Source: Haliotis rubra (Eukaryota). From it: 64,000 nucleotides of DNA. Under the pieces are notes generated by a model. The model saw nothing but the letters and a program-made list of their open reading frames with translations, was not told the DNA's origin and did not search any database. Numbering within the stretch: position 1 is the first letter of the stretch; each line of letters starts with the position of its first letter. The DNA is taken from NCBI RefSeq assembly GCF_003918875.1, contig NW_025765431.1:1-64000 (forward strand), written 5' to 3'. The translations under genes were made by a program, and so were the position numbers. Positions 1 through 11,937 of this stretch are shown here, piece after piece.

Positions 1-214
1 TTGGTATGCTGGATTCAGTTACGTATTGCTATTTGATAAGCAGAATTAGGTAAAACGAAGTAATCATCAGTGATGTATTTAAGAAATGTATTTATATCGA
101 GGAAACTAATTATTTAAAATCACTTATCTATGGCCTCGGTGCATGACCAAATATGGACAAAACTACAAAATATTTTTTTCAAAAAGGATGTGGCAAAATG
201 TGGTGCAACATGGA

Positions 215-392
215 TGCAAGAATCTACCTACAATGAATGAATATGTTGTAGCAGTTAGGGCTTGGTCAGGGGCGTATAAATGCACAGGGTTGTCTTGGGT
301 GGTAATAGCCGCTCTGTTTGTGCGCGCTTTTAGCCCTGCCACTTTGTGGAGTGGAATTATTGCGCGGTATAAGTACTGTCATTAATTATTAT
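215..392 (+). mobile_element. SINE remnant with L2-like 3' tail
   Basis: gtgcgcgcttttag...gcgcggtataagtactgtcattaattattat resembles the tail of the element at 41905-42251. Confidence 0.4.
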
Positions 393-436
393 AAAGATGG
401 CGTATCGAGGATACAGATATAGAGAGCTGTAGCGAT

Positions 437-1245
437 ATACTCTGCAGCAAAAAACCGTCAGTACGATGAATTCAAAATTAGATAGACACTGTAATCAAAT
501 CATTACAGAAATGGACATAATAAGCCGGATCAAAACTTTTTGTGTACGATATCTTTGCCACATCAATGAATAACTCGGCATGAATTTCAAGACATTACGT
601 GAACGTTTGTAGGAATTTCACCCATCGATTAGGATGAAGGCCATTGGCACCTGGAACCACACTCTGAGAAAAGGCCTGGCGCAATAAATCGGCTGGTATG
701 ACATATTCCAGTCTCCTCACCTTTCATCCCAAAGATGTTCAACTGGGTTTAAAATCAGGACTAAGGGCATTGCCGCATAATTATTTGACACCGTTCTGCT
801 GTAGGAAGTTACGTGTAGCTCTGGCAGTATGGGCCCGGGCGTTAACATGCTGGAAAATGTTTTTTTCGGTGACGTGCGAAATGTGGTATGACGTAGTCAC
901 TGGGCTTGCGGTCGATGAAAGCACCGCTGTGTATACCGCCTCCTCTCTCCCTGGACCAAGGTTCTGGAACACCACAGGACCGACATCTCTGGTTCAGGCC
1001 TATTCCACCCCGTAATACCATGATGCTTGCACCTTCCGTATGAGTCTCTTTCCATAACACATTGGTCTGAGTAACTGCTGGCCACGTCGTCGCCATATTC
1101 GCATTTCTGCCATCTGCAGTTGTTTACCTACGCACTGACCGACTCTCATCTGTGAACAGAACAGTTCTCCATTACCTGTATCGCCAGTTTAGGGTGTTGT
1201 GGAGAAGACAGAGCTGTAGACGTTCACGCCGATGACGAGGGTGAG
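437..1245 (-). mobile_element. Degenerate Tc1-family transposon fragment (catalytic domain)
   Basis: Minus-strand translation gives W.TVLFTDESR (~1140-1190), IFQH.NARAHTARATRNFLQQNGV and a SPD..P.EHLWDE-like motif, interrupted by stops and frameshifts. Confidence 0.85.
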
Positions 1246-2129
1246 GGTTATCCGTTTCTGCGAAGGGGAAAATTCAAACTGTCGTTGCTTTTTGCTGCTT
1301 AGTATATATGCCATAACATAAGATGCAGACCTTTATCATACGTCCATTTGATATATCTACGAAGTCTTCTGATGCGCACCTTTGACGTAAGTACTGACGC
1401 CATGAATGCTTGGCCATCAATATAGATAGTTGGCAAGAACCTTATGAGACGTACCCTTGAGGTAAAGGAATGCTGACACCCTATCGTACGCACCACTGAT
1501 TAAAATTTTAAAGGTTTCCCCACACGTACTGTTGGTAAATACTGGAATCGCCATTAAAAGAAAATATTACGGTAAAGCCTTCCCTGATGAGGAGAAATTG
1601 ACATAAATATTTTTTAGTAAAAGCAGCAATATGGCATATCTTCTTTCAAGGATAGCGATAAACAAGCGTATAGTTAGAGGAATATCACTTGAAAATATGT
1701 TTCATTGTCCATTGTGCTGTGTAACCGCAGGCCATGTAGATTTACAATCAGTCAGTCCGAATGGAATTAAATATAAAAATAATTACTAAAACAGCTGAAG
1801 CCCAAGCGCATTAGAAATAGGTACGGTTGTTCTGCTTGTTACAATATACAACAATATACGTTTGTCTGGACCCTGGATTAAACAGAAGCCGGTTTGCATA
1901 CACTTACATTTAGAGGCACGCTCATTTAAATAAATGCACGTGGCAGAAGTAATAATGTATCTTTAATCGAGATTGGTAACCACTATTATGATGTTATTTT
2001 ATTGTTATGCGAGTCCATCCGAAGCCATCGAACGCTGCATTGTAACAAACGCCCCAGCTATAGAGCCGTAATTTAGAATGATAGAATACTATATTAACTA
2101 GTACGACCAATGTCTTTGGGATTTTGCAG

Positions 2130-5100
2130 CGTCGGGACAAAGGGGAGATAACCCTTCTCTGCCGGCGGGACGTTATACATATCCCTTCCGATACCAACTG
2201 CCACTCGGACTCCCGACCTCGTTTGAGGGTTCCGTAGGAAGGGGTAAAATTACTGGCTCAAAGTACCATTGACAAGCCATGGAAGTTTGACCACACAACG
2301 AAAAGGGCTTTCACAGTGGTCAGTCTGTTGGACCCTCAACACACTGTACCTGGAGCTATGGTGAGTGAGTGAGGTGAGGTGAGTGAGTGAGTGAGTATGG
2401 AAGTTTGACCACACAACGAAAACGGCTTTCACAGTGGTCAGTCTGTTGGACCCTCAACACTGTAAGTACCTGGAGCTATGCTATGAGTGAGTGAGGTGAG
2501 TGAGTGAGTGAGTAAACTAAACTTAAGTTCTCCGTGGTATGCATGAATTATTGCAATGAGTGAAGATGTCATCAATTATTCACTACTACATACATTACAG
2601 ATGTCCCCTCGTTGTGGCAAGTGCTGTTTCATTAATGCTGTCGAGTTTAAAATTTTATTGAGTAAATGCCTATACTGCCAAATGTTGATTTAATTGTCCC
2701 TTTAAGGCTACGACCAATTCATAACCACGGTTTATCAACCCGTGAAGATCCGGGTTTGAATTGGTGTTTCAGCAACCTACGCTTGTCGAAAGAGACGACT
2801 AACCGGTTTGGGTGGTCAGGCTCGCTGACTTAGTTGGAGACATGTCATCGTATCCCAGTTGCGTAGATCGATGCTCAGGATGTCTGTTTGTCAATATATT
2901 ATTTGTCTTTTTTGTACGTTATCGTGTCTTTCAGCAATATTTTTTGAATGTTTGTGATCTGTGATTGTAGGAAAGTTCTTCAGGTGCAAATGAAAAGAAT
3001 CTGTGTTGCTTATGCTGTAAATCTGGACCAATCAGCTCCAGGTTTCAAATTGATCGACGTGGCTATGTTCCGGGGGAATCAATTCCTATCAAAGGCAGAA
3101 GTCACCAACCACAGCAACAGGAAAAAAATGACGAGATCATACGCTTCAAGATTGTACATGGTCAGTAACAAATTGTGTGATGGAAACATCGTATCCCTGA
3201 CAATACAGCTTTATGTTTTCCTTTAAATGTTCTTTTTTCATCGACATTACTACTGTATTTGGAATAAGGAAATTCAACTGTAAAAAGGTGTAAAAACTAT
3301 ATAATATTATAACAACGGTTAAAGGGGACTGCTTTAAAAAGTTTTTAACGGCATTGCTTATTTCTATTTTAAATATGGAAAATGAACGACTGTAAAAAGG
3401 TTTGAAACGTATATATGATGGTAATGTTTAAAGGGGGCTGTAGTCCATTGTCTAGATCGCCATAATTAGTACCATGTGTTTAACAGAGATATTGCCTGTA
3501 AGGACAATCAGGAACTCTCGGATTCCAATTGAATGAGGAATAATGGAACCAAAAGGTGACAGAGTTGATGTAAACATATCGCTAAGAATAAAACGTACCC
3601 TTCGAAATTGAATAATTCACTTCAGGTATGAAAATTTCCAGAAGATGAATTTAAAGTCATATTTGGTGAGTTTACACGTAACACTCTTAGCATTGTGTTG
3701 CGTCGGCTTTGCATCAGGACACTTGATATACATGCATTGCTATAGGTACTAGATATCATGTAAATTTTACTTCGTTCATGTGTTTTATTGGCTCATAATA
3801 TTTTGACTTCACATCTATTTTGTAGGTTGTTCGGTATCATGCAAGAGGCAAGACGCGAACAAACTTTGAGAAAATAGGGAAATATCGCATGGAGAAATCC
3901 TTCCTGGAGATTCTGATGTATGGAATGGTGACCTTCTAAGGGTACCGCCCGTACCGCCATCAGAGTTACAGGGTTGCAGAATAATCGAAATTAACTACTT
4001 TGTGCAGGTATGGCCATACTAAAATTCTGTGAAAAGTGTTTAGTGTAAAAATTTGTACTAATGTCATTGTGTATTTCAATAAGTTAAGCATTGAGAATTA
4101 ATGGTCAGGCCCGGAGAGGGTTTTATGCTGAGAAGGGTACACCGAATGTTGAATGCATTAAACAGACAAAGGAGATAGAATTTCGGTATACTTTGGACAT
4201 ATATTGAAACAATTAGATCATTAGGATATATGAAGGTTTAAGAAATCTATCGAAATGGTTAGCTCTATGGCACTATTAAAACAATCACAGTGTTGTGTTG
4301 TTATCAAAGGGTCGTCACTGCTTGTCACATGAACGAAATCCATCTCAGTATAGGCGCTCTGTGCATTTGGTAAAGGTAAACTGTGCTACCACGTTGTTTT
4401 AACTGAATCAGATGTCTCTAGTGGGGTGGATAAGGCAGGGTTTGGCAAAATGGGACACTGTGGCTTAACTTGCATCACACGCTTCACATTTATACATCGA
4501 ACAATTCTAAACTCTAGCTCAGTAAAGTGGCGGAAATCAAAGATGGCCGCCAATATAGCGAAACGGCTGTCAGTCAGTCATCATTATATCGTCAGACTTT
4601 GTATTTTATTCAGAATTATTCGTAACAGTGCTGTACGTGATTAACTATCTAGCGCCCCCACCCCACCACCCCCACCCCAATATATATTCTCAAAGCTCTC
4701 TCGCCCGTGTTGACCAAAATGCAAGACGGCCGTCAAATATATATTTTCAAATAAATTTTAGAATTTTTGTAGACATTATCAATATTATTGTTCAATGTTA
4801 TCAATTTGGGATTAAATCATTATGTCGGTAATGAAATAATACCAACATTATTCTACTCGGTCTTATGCAGTAATGTACCAACATTATCATACTTGGTCTT
4901 ATGCAATATTTTCGGTGGAAGTTCTGACCAACGTTTCATTTGAAACCGCTTGTGTTGAAGCATTGTTGAACGCTGACGGCTCAATCTAAAAGCAATGTTC
5001 TTTAGTTAATAAGGTTTCACCTTCATTCCGCTTAATTTCTGTTCATCCTCCACGGTCACGTCAGCTGAATAAGGAGCAACTTTTGACATTTATTTTTTGC

Positions 5101-5993
5101 TCTTCGGCAAATCAGATGACAGCTGTCTAAAATGTTCGACTTCATTGTTCGTTTCAGAGTTCTATAATCTGAACCTTGAATTTGTTATGGATATACCACT
5201 ATGTCTCGAATCTGAGAAATATTTGGTGTGGTTACAGTTTTGTGTGAGTCCTGCCGGACCCGCTTTCAAGCTAGAGATACCACTCGGGGTGACCATCGGG
5301 TCCATACCACTCCGTGCCACGCTCCAGCAGTACGGGTTCGCGCCTCCTTCCCAGGGCCTCGGCCATCCCGAGCGTTACCAGGAAGGGGCACATGCTACTG
5401 CCCCTCCTGAAGAAATAATGCGTGAGTTTACTTTGCAGTCATCGCACCTGTCACTTATAAGTTCTTGTGTTAAAGTTAATAAAACTGTTACAGCAATATT
5501 TACTAGAATATTTTATGTGTCCGTCGATTCAGCCCATGCAAAACTGTAAAAGTTCGTGTTTTCACACTTTGTCACCAGAAAGCATTTTGAATTCTTCACA
5601 TTATCAGTGTATCAGATGGTACACTGAAGCCCATGTAACTCCGACTGTCATATATGTACCGTGCTGCCATGTTTAACAATCATCAAAACACGTCATCTTA
5701 TTATTAACCTATTACAAGACTTTCTTTAACAGATCAAGAACACCGTTTGAAATTGTGCATAAATTATTACGTTGTGTTCCTTACGTAAGACAAATCCTTT
5801 GTGATTGTGTTACCCTGAAAATTAACGTACCGTTTGCCTTTTAGCGCCTCCATCCTACGCAGAAAGTGTGTTTGGTACTGTGAACATTAAGGACGATGCT
5901 GACACGGATTTTACCAAAGGAGACATGAACTATGCTCCTGTGTACACGTACTACAACTGGGAACAGAGGACACAGACCTCGGCGCCGATGTAA
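2130..5993 (+). CDS. Arrestin domain-containing protein (alpha-arrestin, ARRDC3/ARRDC17-like), 5'-partial; exons 2130-2360, 2971-3160, 3826-4007, 5238-5421, 5845-5993
   Basis: GT-AG exons translate to typical alpha-arrestin motifs: LPAGRYTYPFRYQLPLGLPTSFEGSVG, IDKPWKFDHTTKRAFTV, NEKNLCCLCCKSGPI, DRRGYVPGE, VPPVPPSEL.GCRII.INY, LEIPLGVTIGSIPL and a C-terminal PPSY (PPxY) motif. The first three exons contain several 1-nt indels, mostly in homopolymers. No first coding exon was found in the window. Confidence 0.88.
2398..2512 (+). repeat. Local duplicate of the 3' end of the ARRDC exon at 2130-2360 plus its (GTGA)n donor array
   Basis: tggaagtttgaccacacaacgaaaa...ggaccctcaacac...ctggagctatg repeats ~2280-2360 and is followed by GTGA repeats. 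Confidence 0.85.
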
Positions 5994-6490
5994 CAGATGC
6001 ATCTTAATCAAGAGCATCCGTAACGCCATGCAGCATTCAGCATAGGCTTCTTCGCAGAAGACACATCAGCCACCACATTCATGTCTTCTGCAGTAAATGA
6101 GTCTTCATCCATACCATCTGCAAACAGATGAGTTCCATGCAGAATTCAGCCCATCATCTCGACTGCAAGAGATGGAAGTTCATCCATACCACCTTAGCAA
6201 CATGCATTAATTCAGCCATCGCTGCCACTGCAACAGATGAAAGTTCATCCATACCATCTGTCACGCTATAGAATAATTACACCAGCGAGCCATCACTTCG
6301 ACTGCAACAGATGAAAGTTCACCCATACCACCGTAGCAACATGCATTAATTCAGCCTTCGCTGACACTACAACAGATGAAACGTCATCCAAAACATTTGT
6401 AACAACATGGAACAATTCACCCATCGCCTCCACTGCAACAGGTGCAACTTCATCCATACCAGTTGCATCAGCCATCACCTCTGCTGCAGT
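5994..6490 (+). repeat. Diverged ~60-65 bp tandem repeat in the ARRDC 3' UTR
   Basis: Recurrent ctgcaacagatgaa(a)gttcatccataccacc...aattcagccatc units immediately after the stop codon. Confidence 0.75.
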
Positions 6491-6602
6491 ACCACCACGT
6501 CGCGCGACGATGTTCACAATATTTCATTTGTCTGGACAAGACTACATGTATGCCCTAACAGGACGCTATGATACAGCTGTACTTTGCGGACAATTGTTTT
6601 AA

Positions 6603-8034
6603 AGGCACAATGTCACAATTTTTCGACAATATTTTGTTTTCAATTATCGATTTCAGGCGTAAGGGATAAAATAAGTGTCTTTATTGTAACACTAGAAGGC
6701 TAAAGTGAGTGCATCAGGCGTAAGGGATAATAAGTTCAAGCCTAAAGGCAAGGATGGCAAAAAGAATGAAACGACTCGCAGCAACCAAAACGATAATTAT
6801 AATTCACCCATCACCTCCACTATTATATATTGGGGCATATGCACTCACTTTAGCCTCCTATTGTTACAATAATAGACTTATTATCCCTTATGCCTGAGAT
6901 CGATAATTGAAACTTCGAGGCGAACAGCTTCCAAACAGATACCACTTGCCATATATGGAACGTAAACAATTGCTCCGTACACCGAAAACAGTCCCACGCG
7001 GTGTTGTCGGTGTTTGCCGAACGGGCGTCAATCACAAGTTGCGTTATAGGATATTCGTGAAGAGTGTTCCAAGGGACATAACTCTATGGGGGTTCGCTTG
7101 AAATAAAGTTCGGTCGGTAGAGGATGCGAGAGTCGATTTAATGCAACGTTGCCTTAATTCATTGGAACGTTTTAATTTAATATTGCAATTTTAATACGTA
7201 CTGTTTTCGGAATAAATTATAATCTTCGCCAGAGATATATACCTCTTAAATATTCTGAATTTCCAACTTTGACAAAGTTTAATTTACTAATGTCTTCTCA
7301 ACATGCCTCAAATCTTCGCCTCAAAGCTCTGGTATAGTATAAGTACCTTGTATTATGTATCACAATATTATTATAATCTCCTTTATGTCTCCTTTTTAAA
7401 ACTCTTGTATAAAATTTATGTTTTAGTATATATGGAATGCTAGGTCTTTCATGTCTTGATGCACTTGTGTAAGCGCTCGGTATAACTATGTATAATCGAA
7501 AGTGGCCTGATATATCTTCCATGCTGCAAATCTCCGACCTTCAAGCACTTGTTTATATACTGTGTAAAACTAATATCTCCATACCATGATGCATCTGTAC
7601 TTTGTTAAACCCATGGATTACTATATATAGACCGTCCTATTTTCCATGTCTTGATGTTCTTGTATAGGTATCATTGTAACAGGTAGCATTGGATATGGAC
7701 TGTTATATCCTCTAGGCCTTAAGACTTTGCCTTAAAAAGCTTCACATGTATAATTACCTTGTAAAATTATGCATCATTGTTCATGGATTGTTATATCTTC
7801 CATGCCTGGACACACCTGTATAAGTATTTTGCAAAATCTATTGTATCGTCACATAGCCTTGCTGTACTTGCATAAGTTCCCTTATCATGTATGGACCATG
7901 TTGTACATAGGGTGATGGCCCATACCACTGTCCCGAATAAAGAAATTTCAAATATGGTAGCTTCGCTAGGGGCTGGTAGTTAGGTTTAATGAGATAAATG
8001 CATTATTAGAGAAGTGTGGCGTGATAGTGTGCCT
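6603..8034. mobile_element. Non-autonomous Kolobok-like DNA transposon (TTAA target)
   Basis: TTAA|AGGCACAATGTCAC ... GTGATAGTGTGCCT|TTAA: imperfect 14-bp TIR flanked by TTAA on both sides; no coding capacity seen. Confidence 0.55.
6638..6912. repeat. ~75-bp inverted repeat (MITE-like hairpin)
   Basis: tcaattatcgatttcaggcgtaagggataa...gctaaagtgagtgcat (6640-6714) is the near reverse complement of atgcactcactttagcc...tatcccttatgcctgagatcgataattga (6839-6910). Confidence 0.8.
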
Positions 8035-10354
8035 TTAAGCAGAGAACAGAATTTGGTGCAGTTGGGGAAGCGGATTTGGCGGCACCATCTCCCGATCATA
8101 GTATGACAATGTTATCAAGCTGCATATAACGTTCGTATATCACTTTTTCGAACCACCAACACTATGAATAATGGACACTGTATACCATGACAACGGAAGG
8201 TAATGCTAGCTGTGTTAGTAGTCTAATACCAAAATGTGAGCATTCAAACATGTTTTATAACATGTTTTATTCTGGCTCCTGGATAGATATCACACACAAT
8301 AACCTCTCTTCAGTATGCAGTTTTTGTCACGGAGGCCGCGTGTAGCCATTTGCTACCTTTGTACAGCGCTTGTGTTCTGCGGAGATCTGCTTCCGTATAA
8401 TTTTGTGTTGTTGGCTTAACTTTGCCATTGTCTTGTCAGCTACTAACAGTACAAATCATTCTCTTTACATCTTGATGTACATTTTAGTATTAATCACGTT
8501 CTTTCTATACATGTATCACACTTACTGTACATATTCTTATAAAGTTGCTGCAGCTAATTCTGTCCGGCAAACATGCACATATATGTTGATCAGCCTGCCA
8601 GGTTAACTTAGACGACTACGAAGACAGGTTGTCTTCTCCGACGTCCGCACACGTTTGTTATATAAGACGGGTTGAGTCGAGTCAACATTGACTGTTAGGC
8701 CAGCTGCTATTTGTCTCCTGATGATCGCCACTGAAGTCTCGACCTGAAGCTTGGATGCAGATTGTTTAATTTAGAGACAGCTTTCTGTTTTCTGTACTGC
8801 TGAAGGTATTGTTTATGTATGTTTGATGTACATTGTTTTATAGCAGTTGCTTCAAATCTTAGACTATACATAATATATATGGGTTCAATTCTCCACATGG
8901 CTACAATGTGTGAAGCCAATATCCGGTGTCCCCTGCCGTGATATTGCTACTAACAGCGTAAAAGTAAACTCACTAACTCATTCACTCGATTATTTAATGT
9001 TTGTCTTAATAAACTGTGTTAACAAAATCCATTTGTATTCCTTGTTATTGCAATACAGATTACTTCTATTTGTTCATCTGGGAAAACTGATATTCAGATA
9101 CTGGTGTATTGACAGCTTTGCACAGTGCAGTTTCAGCCGTATAGTCAACGTCGGTTCTACTCGCGGGCAGACTGATGGTTTGTTTGACAAATCGGTTCCC
9201 AATTGCGCAGATACCGGGGTAGAATTGGCCTTCAGTAACCCATGCTTGTAAGTGCCGACTAACGGGATTGGGTGGTCAGGCTCGCTGACGTGGTTGACAC
9301 ATGTCATCGTATCCCAATTACGTTGATCGATGCTCATGATGTTAATCACTGGATTTTCTGGTCCAGAGTCGATTATTTACAGACCGCCGCTATGTATCTG
9401 GAATACTGCTGAGTGTGGGGTAAAACTAAACTCACTCACTCACCCACTGATGGTTTGTCATACGGAATCTGAAGTAAAGACGTTAATGTGATGCAATATA
9501 TGACTCCGATTGTAGTGACCTAGTCAATGACCTAAGTGCAACATTTGTAATGGAGATCACGGCCATCTACCAAAGAGAGCTTTCAATTTACAATTATGAA
9601 CAGTGAGAGGCATTATGCAAATACGATAAACATATGAACTCCATTTCATTCATAATCTCATGCATGTTTTCCAATGTTTTGCAATTCCTAATCAATCCCA
9701 ATATGTACTTACTAACATCTCACTTTGAAAAGGGCGGTGGGGTAGCCTGGTGGTTAAAGCGTTCGCTCGTCACGCAGAAGACCCGGGTTCGATTCCCCAC
9801 ATTGGTATAATGTGTGAAGCCAATTTCTGGTGTCCCCCGCCGTTATATTGCTGGCATATTGGTCAAAGCAGCGTTAATCCAAACTCACTCACTTATTTTG
9901 AAAAGATGTAAATGTCCATCTACTGTCCAGATTTGTAAATATCTTCACATTAATCTCCAAATGGAGGAAATAAAGATGATGATGATGATGGTGATGATGG
10001 TGATGATGAGGTATCTGAAAGATTTACGTGTACATGTAAGTCTATACTGTCTTTTGTTTGTCAGTACAAGCCAGACTTGCAATAGCTCGTTATAAACCAA
10101 GCTATGTGACCATCCTATCCACGTACACGCGTCTCACTCGCAGATGAGGGATCAGTGATCACTTGCGCAACAAAGGCACGAGGTATAAGGCCATGACAAG
10201 CAATACTGTGAACATCGAACCAGAAATGACCCCACTGTGTTACGGCAGCATGTTAATAATTCCAACCTGGGCACAGCATTCACTAAAACCTTCCACAGCG
10301 AACCACACTATTGCGGTTTGGCATACTAGCAGCCATGTTACCGAACTTTAAAAC

Positions 10355-10801
10355 TAGGGCTGTGTATTGGCAAATAAATTGTATTGCAATATATTGCGAT
10401 TCAGATACCCGTATTGCGATACGTATTGAGATATATTGGGAACTTAAGTGTTTGACATTAAGTGACACTAATTGTACATGTCGATCCAGTTTTCTATATT
10501 ATAAGTACCTACAAATATACGTTATGGTTCTAACAGCAATCGCAAACTTAAGTTGCATAGTCAGGGATTCTATTTCCTTTTTATACATATTTTTAATGGT
10601 ATGCCGTGTTGTCATTGAATGAAGAAGTAAAACATCTCTTGTGAAGGAAAGTCTGTATAGATTTTACTTTAAACCATAAAAATAAGCACAAAAACTTTTT
10701 ATATGTTCTTTACCCAATATACCGGTTCTCAGAAAAACATATTGCAATACGTATCATTTGAAAAGCGTATTGCGGTATACCGGTAATACCGTGCAACCCT
10801 A
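10355..10801. mobile_element. hAT-type MITE
   Basis: Ends TAGGGCTG...CAACCCTA, subterminal tattgc(a/g)ata motifs, and an 8-bp TSD tttaaaac/cttaaaac (7/8 match). Confidence 0.75.
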
Positions 10802-11071
10802 CTTAAAACGCAGTGTGTGTGGTTTTGTGTGAGGGTGTGTGTGTGTGCTTTGTTGGTTTTTTGTGTGTGTATAGAGACCGGTTTGTGCTTGAGTGGGTTG
10901 GTGTATTCCAGTGATGCCCAGCCCTGAGTGATGCTTTCTAAACCTCATTCGTGTAAGAATGTTCCAAATATAAAGCATTGTACATGCAGATAGTCAGTGA
11001 GGGACAGAGATCTTCTATATTCTGACCTAGGTAGTTGGATAATCTTCTGGAGGCTTTCTCTTGTGTGTACA

Positions 11072-11336
11072 ATGGGAGCTAACTCTTGCCACTCTCATAT
11101 TACATCTCAAGAATACCAGCAATCTTATCCTGGATATATATCCGGCCTACTTTTGGATACTTGATCATTGTTGCAGTGACGTGAATATTACCACCTTTGT
11201 CTATGGGAGATAACTCTTGCCTCTCTCATATTACATCTCAAGAATACCAGCAATCGTATCCTGGATATTCATGCTCGGCCTACTTTTGGATACTTGATCA
11301 TTGTTGCAGTGACGTGAATATTACCATCTTTGTCTT
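11072..11336. repeat. Two-copy ~131-bp tandem duplication
   Basis: tgggag.taactcttgcc...gtgaatattacca.ctttgtct occurs twice head to tail. Confidence 0.85.
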
Positions 11337-11937
11337 TAAAGCTATTACCACTGCTTTTTGCATAGTACTGCAGTTGAAATTGTACTACCAGTCTATTGCA
11401 TTGTATTATCACGGTAATATTTTATTAATATGTCCAAATATTCCCAACAAAGCTCTGATTGTTTGTCAATACATCTGACTCAACCACCGACAATTGAAAT
11501 CTTCATCAGATTGTTGTCATCGGACAATATACATATTTGAAAATCATTGAGTAAATATCTTTCACAAGTTTGCCGTAGAAGGAATGAATAACTGTAAAAC
11601 AAATCAATACTAAACTATACTCAGCCTTACTCAGTATGTATTTACTTTTGCCAAATGTATGTATTATGGGCCTTGGGCCTAAATTACCGAATAAACCTGT
11701 ATGTCTGGTAATGAATTTGTAGTAATTAGTATGAATTTGTTTACTTAGTTAATTTTAGTACACAGTTGTAAATTACATCAAGCTGCTTTGTTGCTTTCAC
11801 ACTTATTGTTTTACGGGTTGATTTCCGGTTCACTATTTGCATTTGTTTCTACTTCGGAATCAACACGTACTAAAAATCAACACAACTCTGTAATCAGCAG
11901 TATTGTTTTGTACGATAGATAACCAGCGCTTTACTCC

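Noticed and set aside
6293-6517. 74-aa minus-strand ORF
   Set aside because: It is the antisense reading of the ARRDC 3' UTR tandem repeat, with no splice or homology support.
9731-9893. tRNA genes at SINE heads
   Set aside because: The tRNA-like heads run into a shared body and microsatellite tail, occur in many diverged copies, and several have TSDs.
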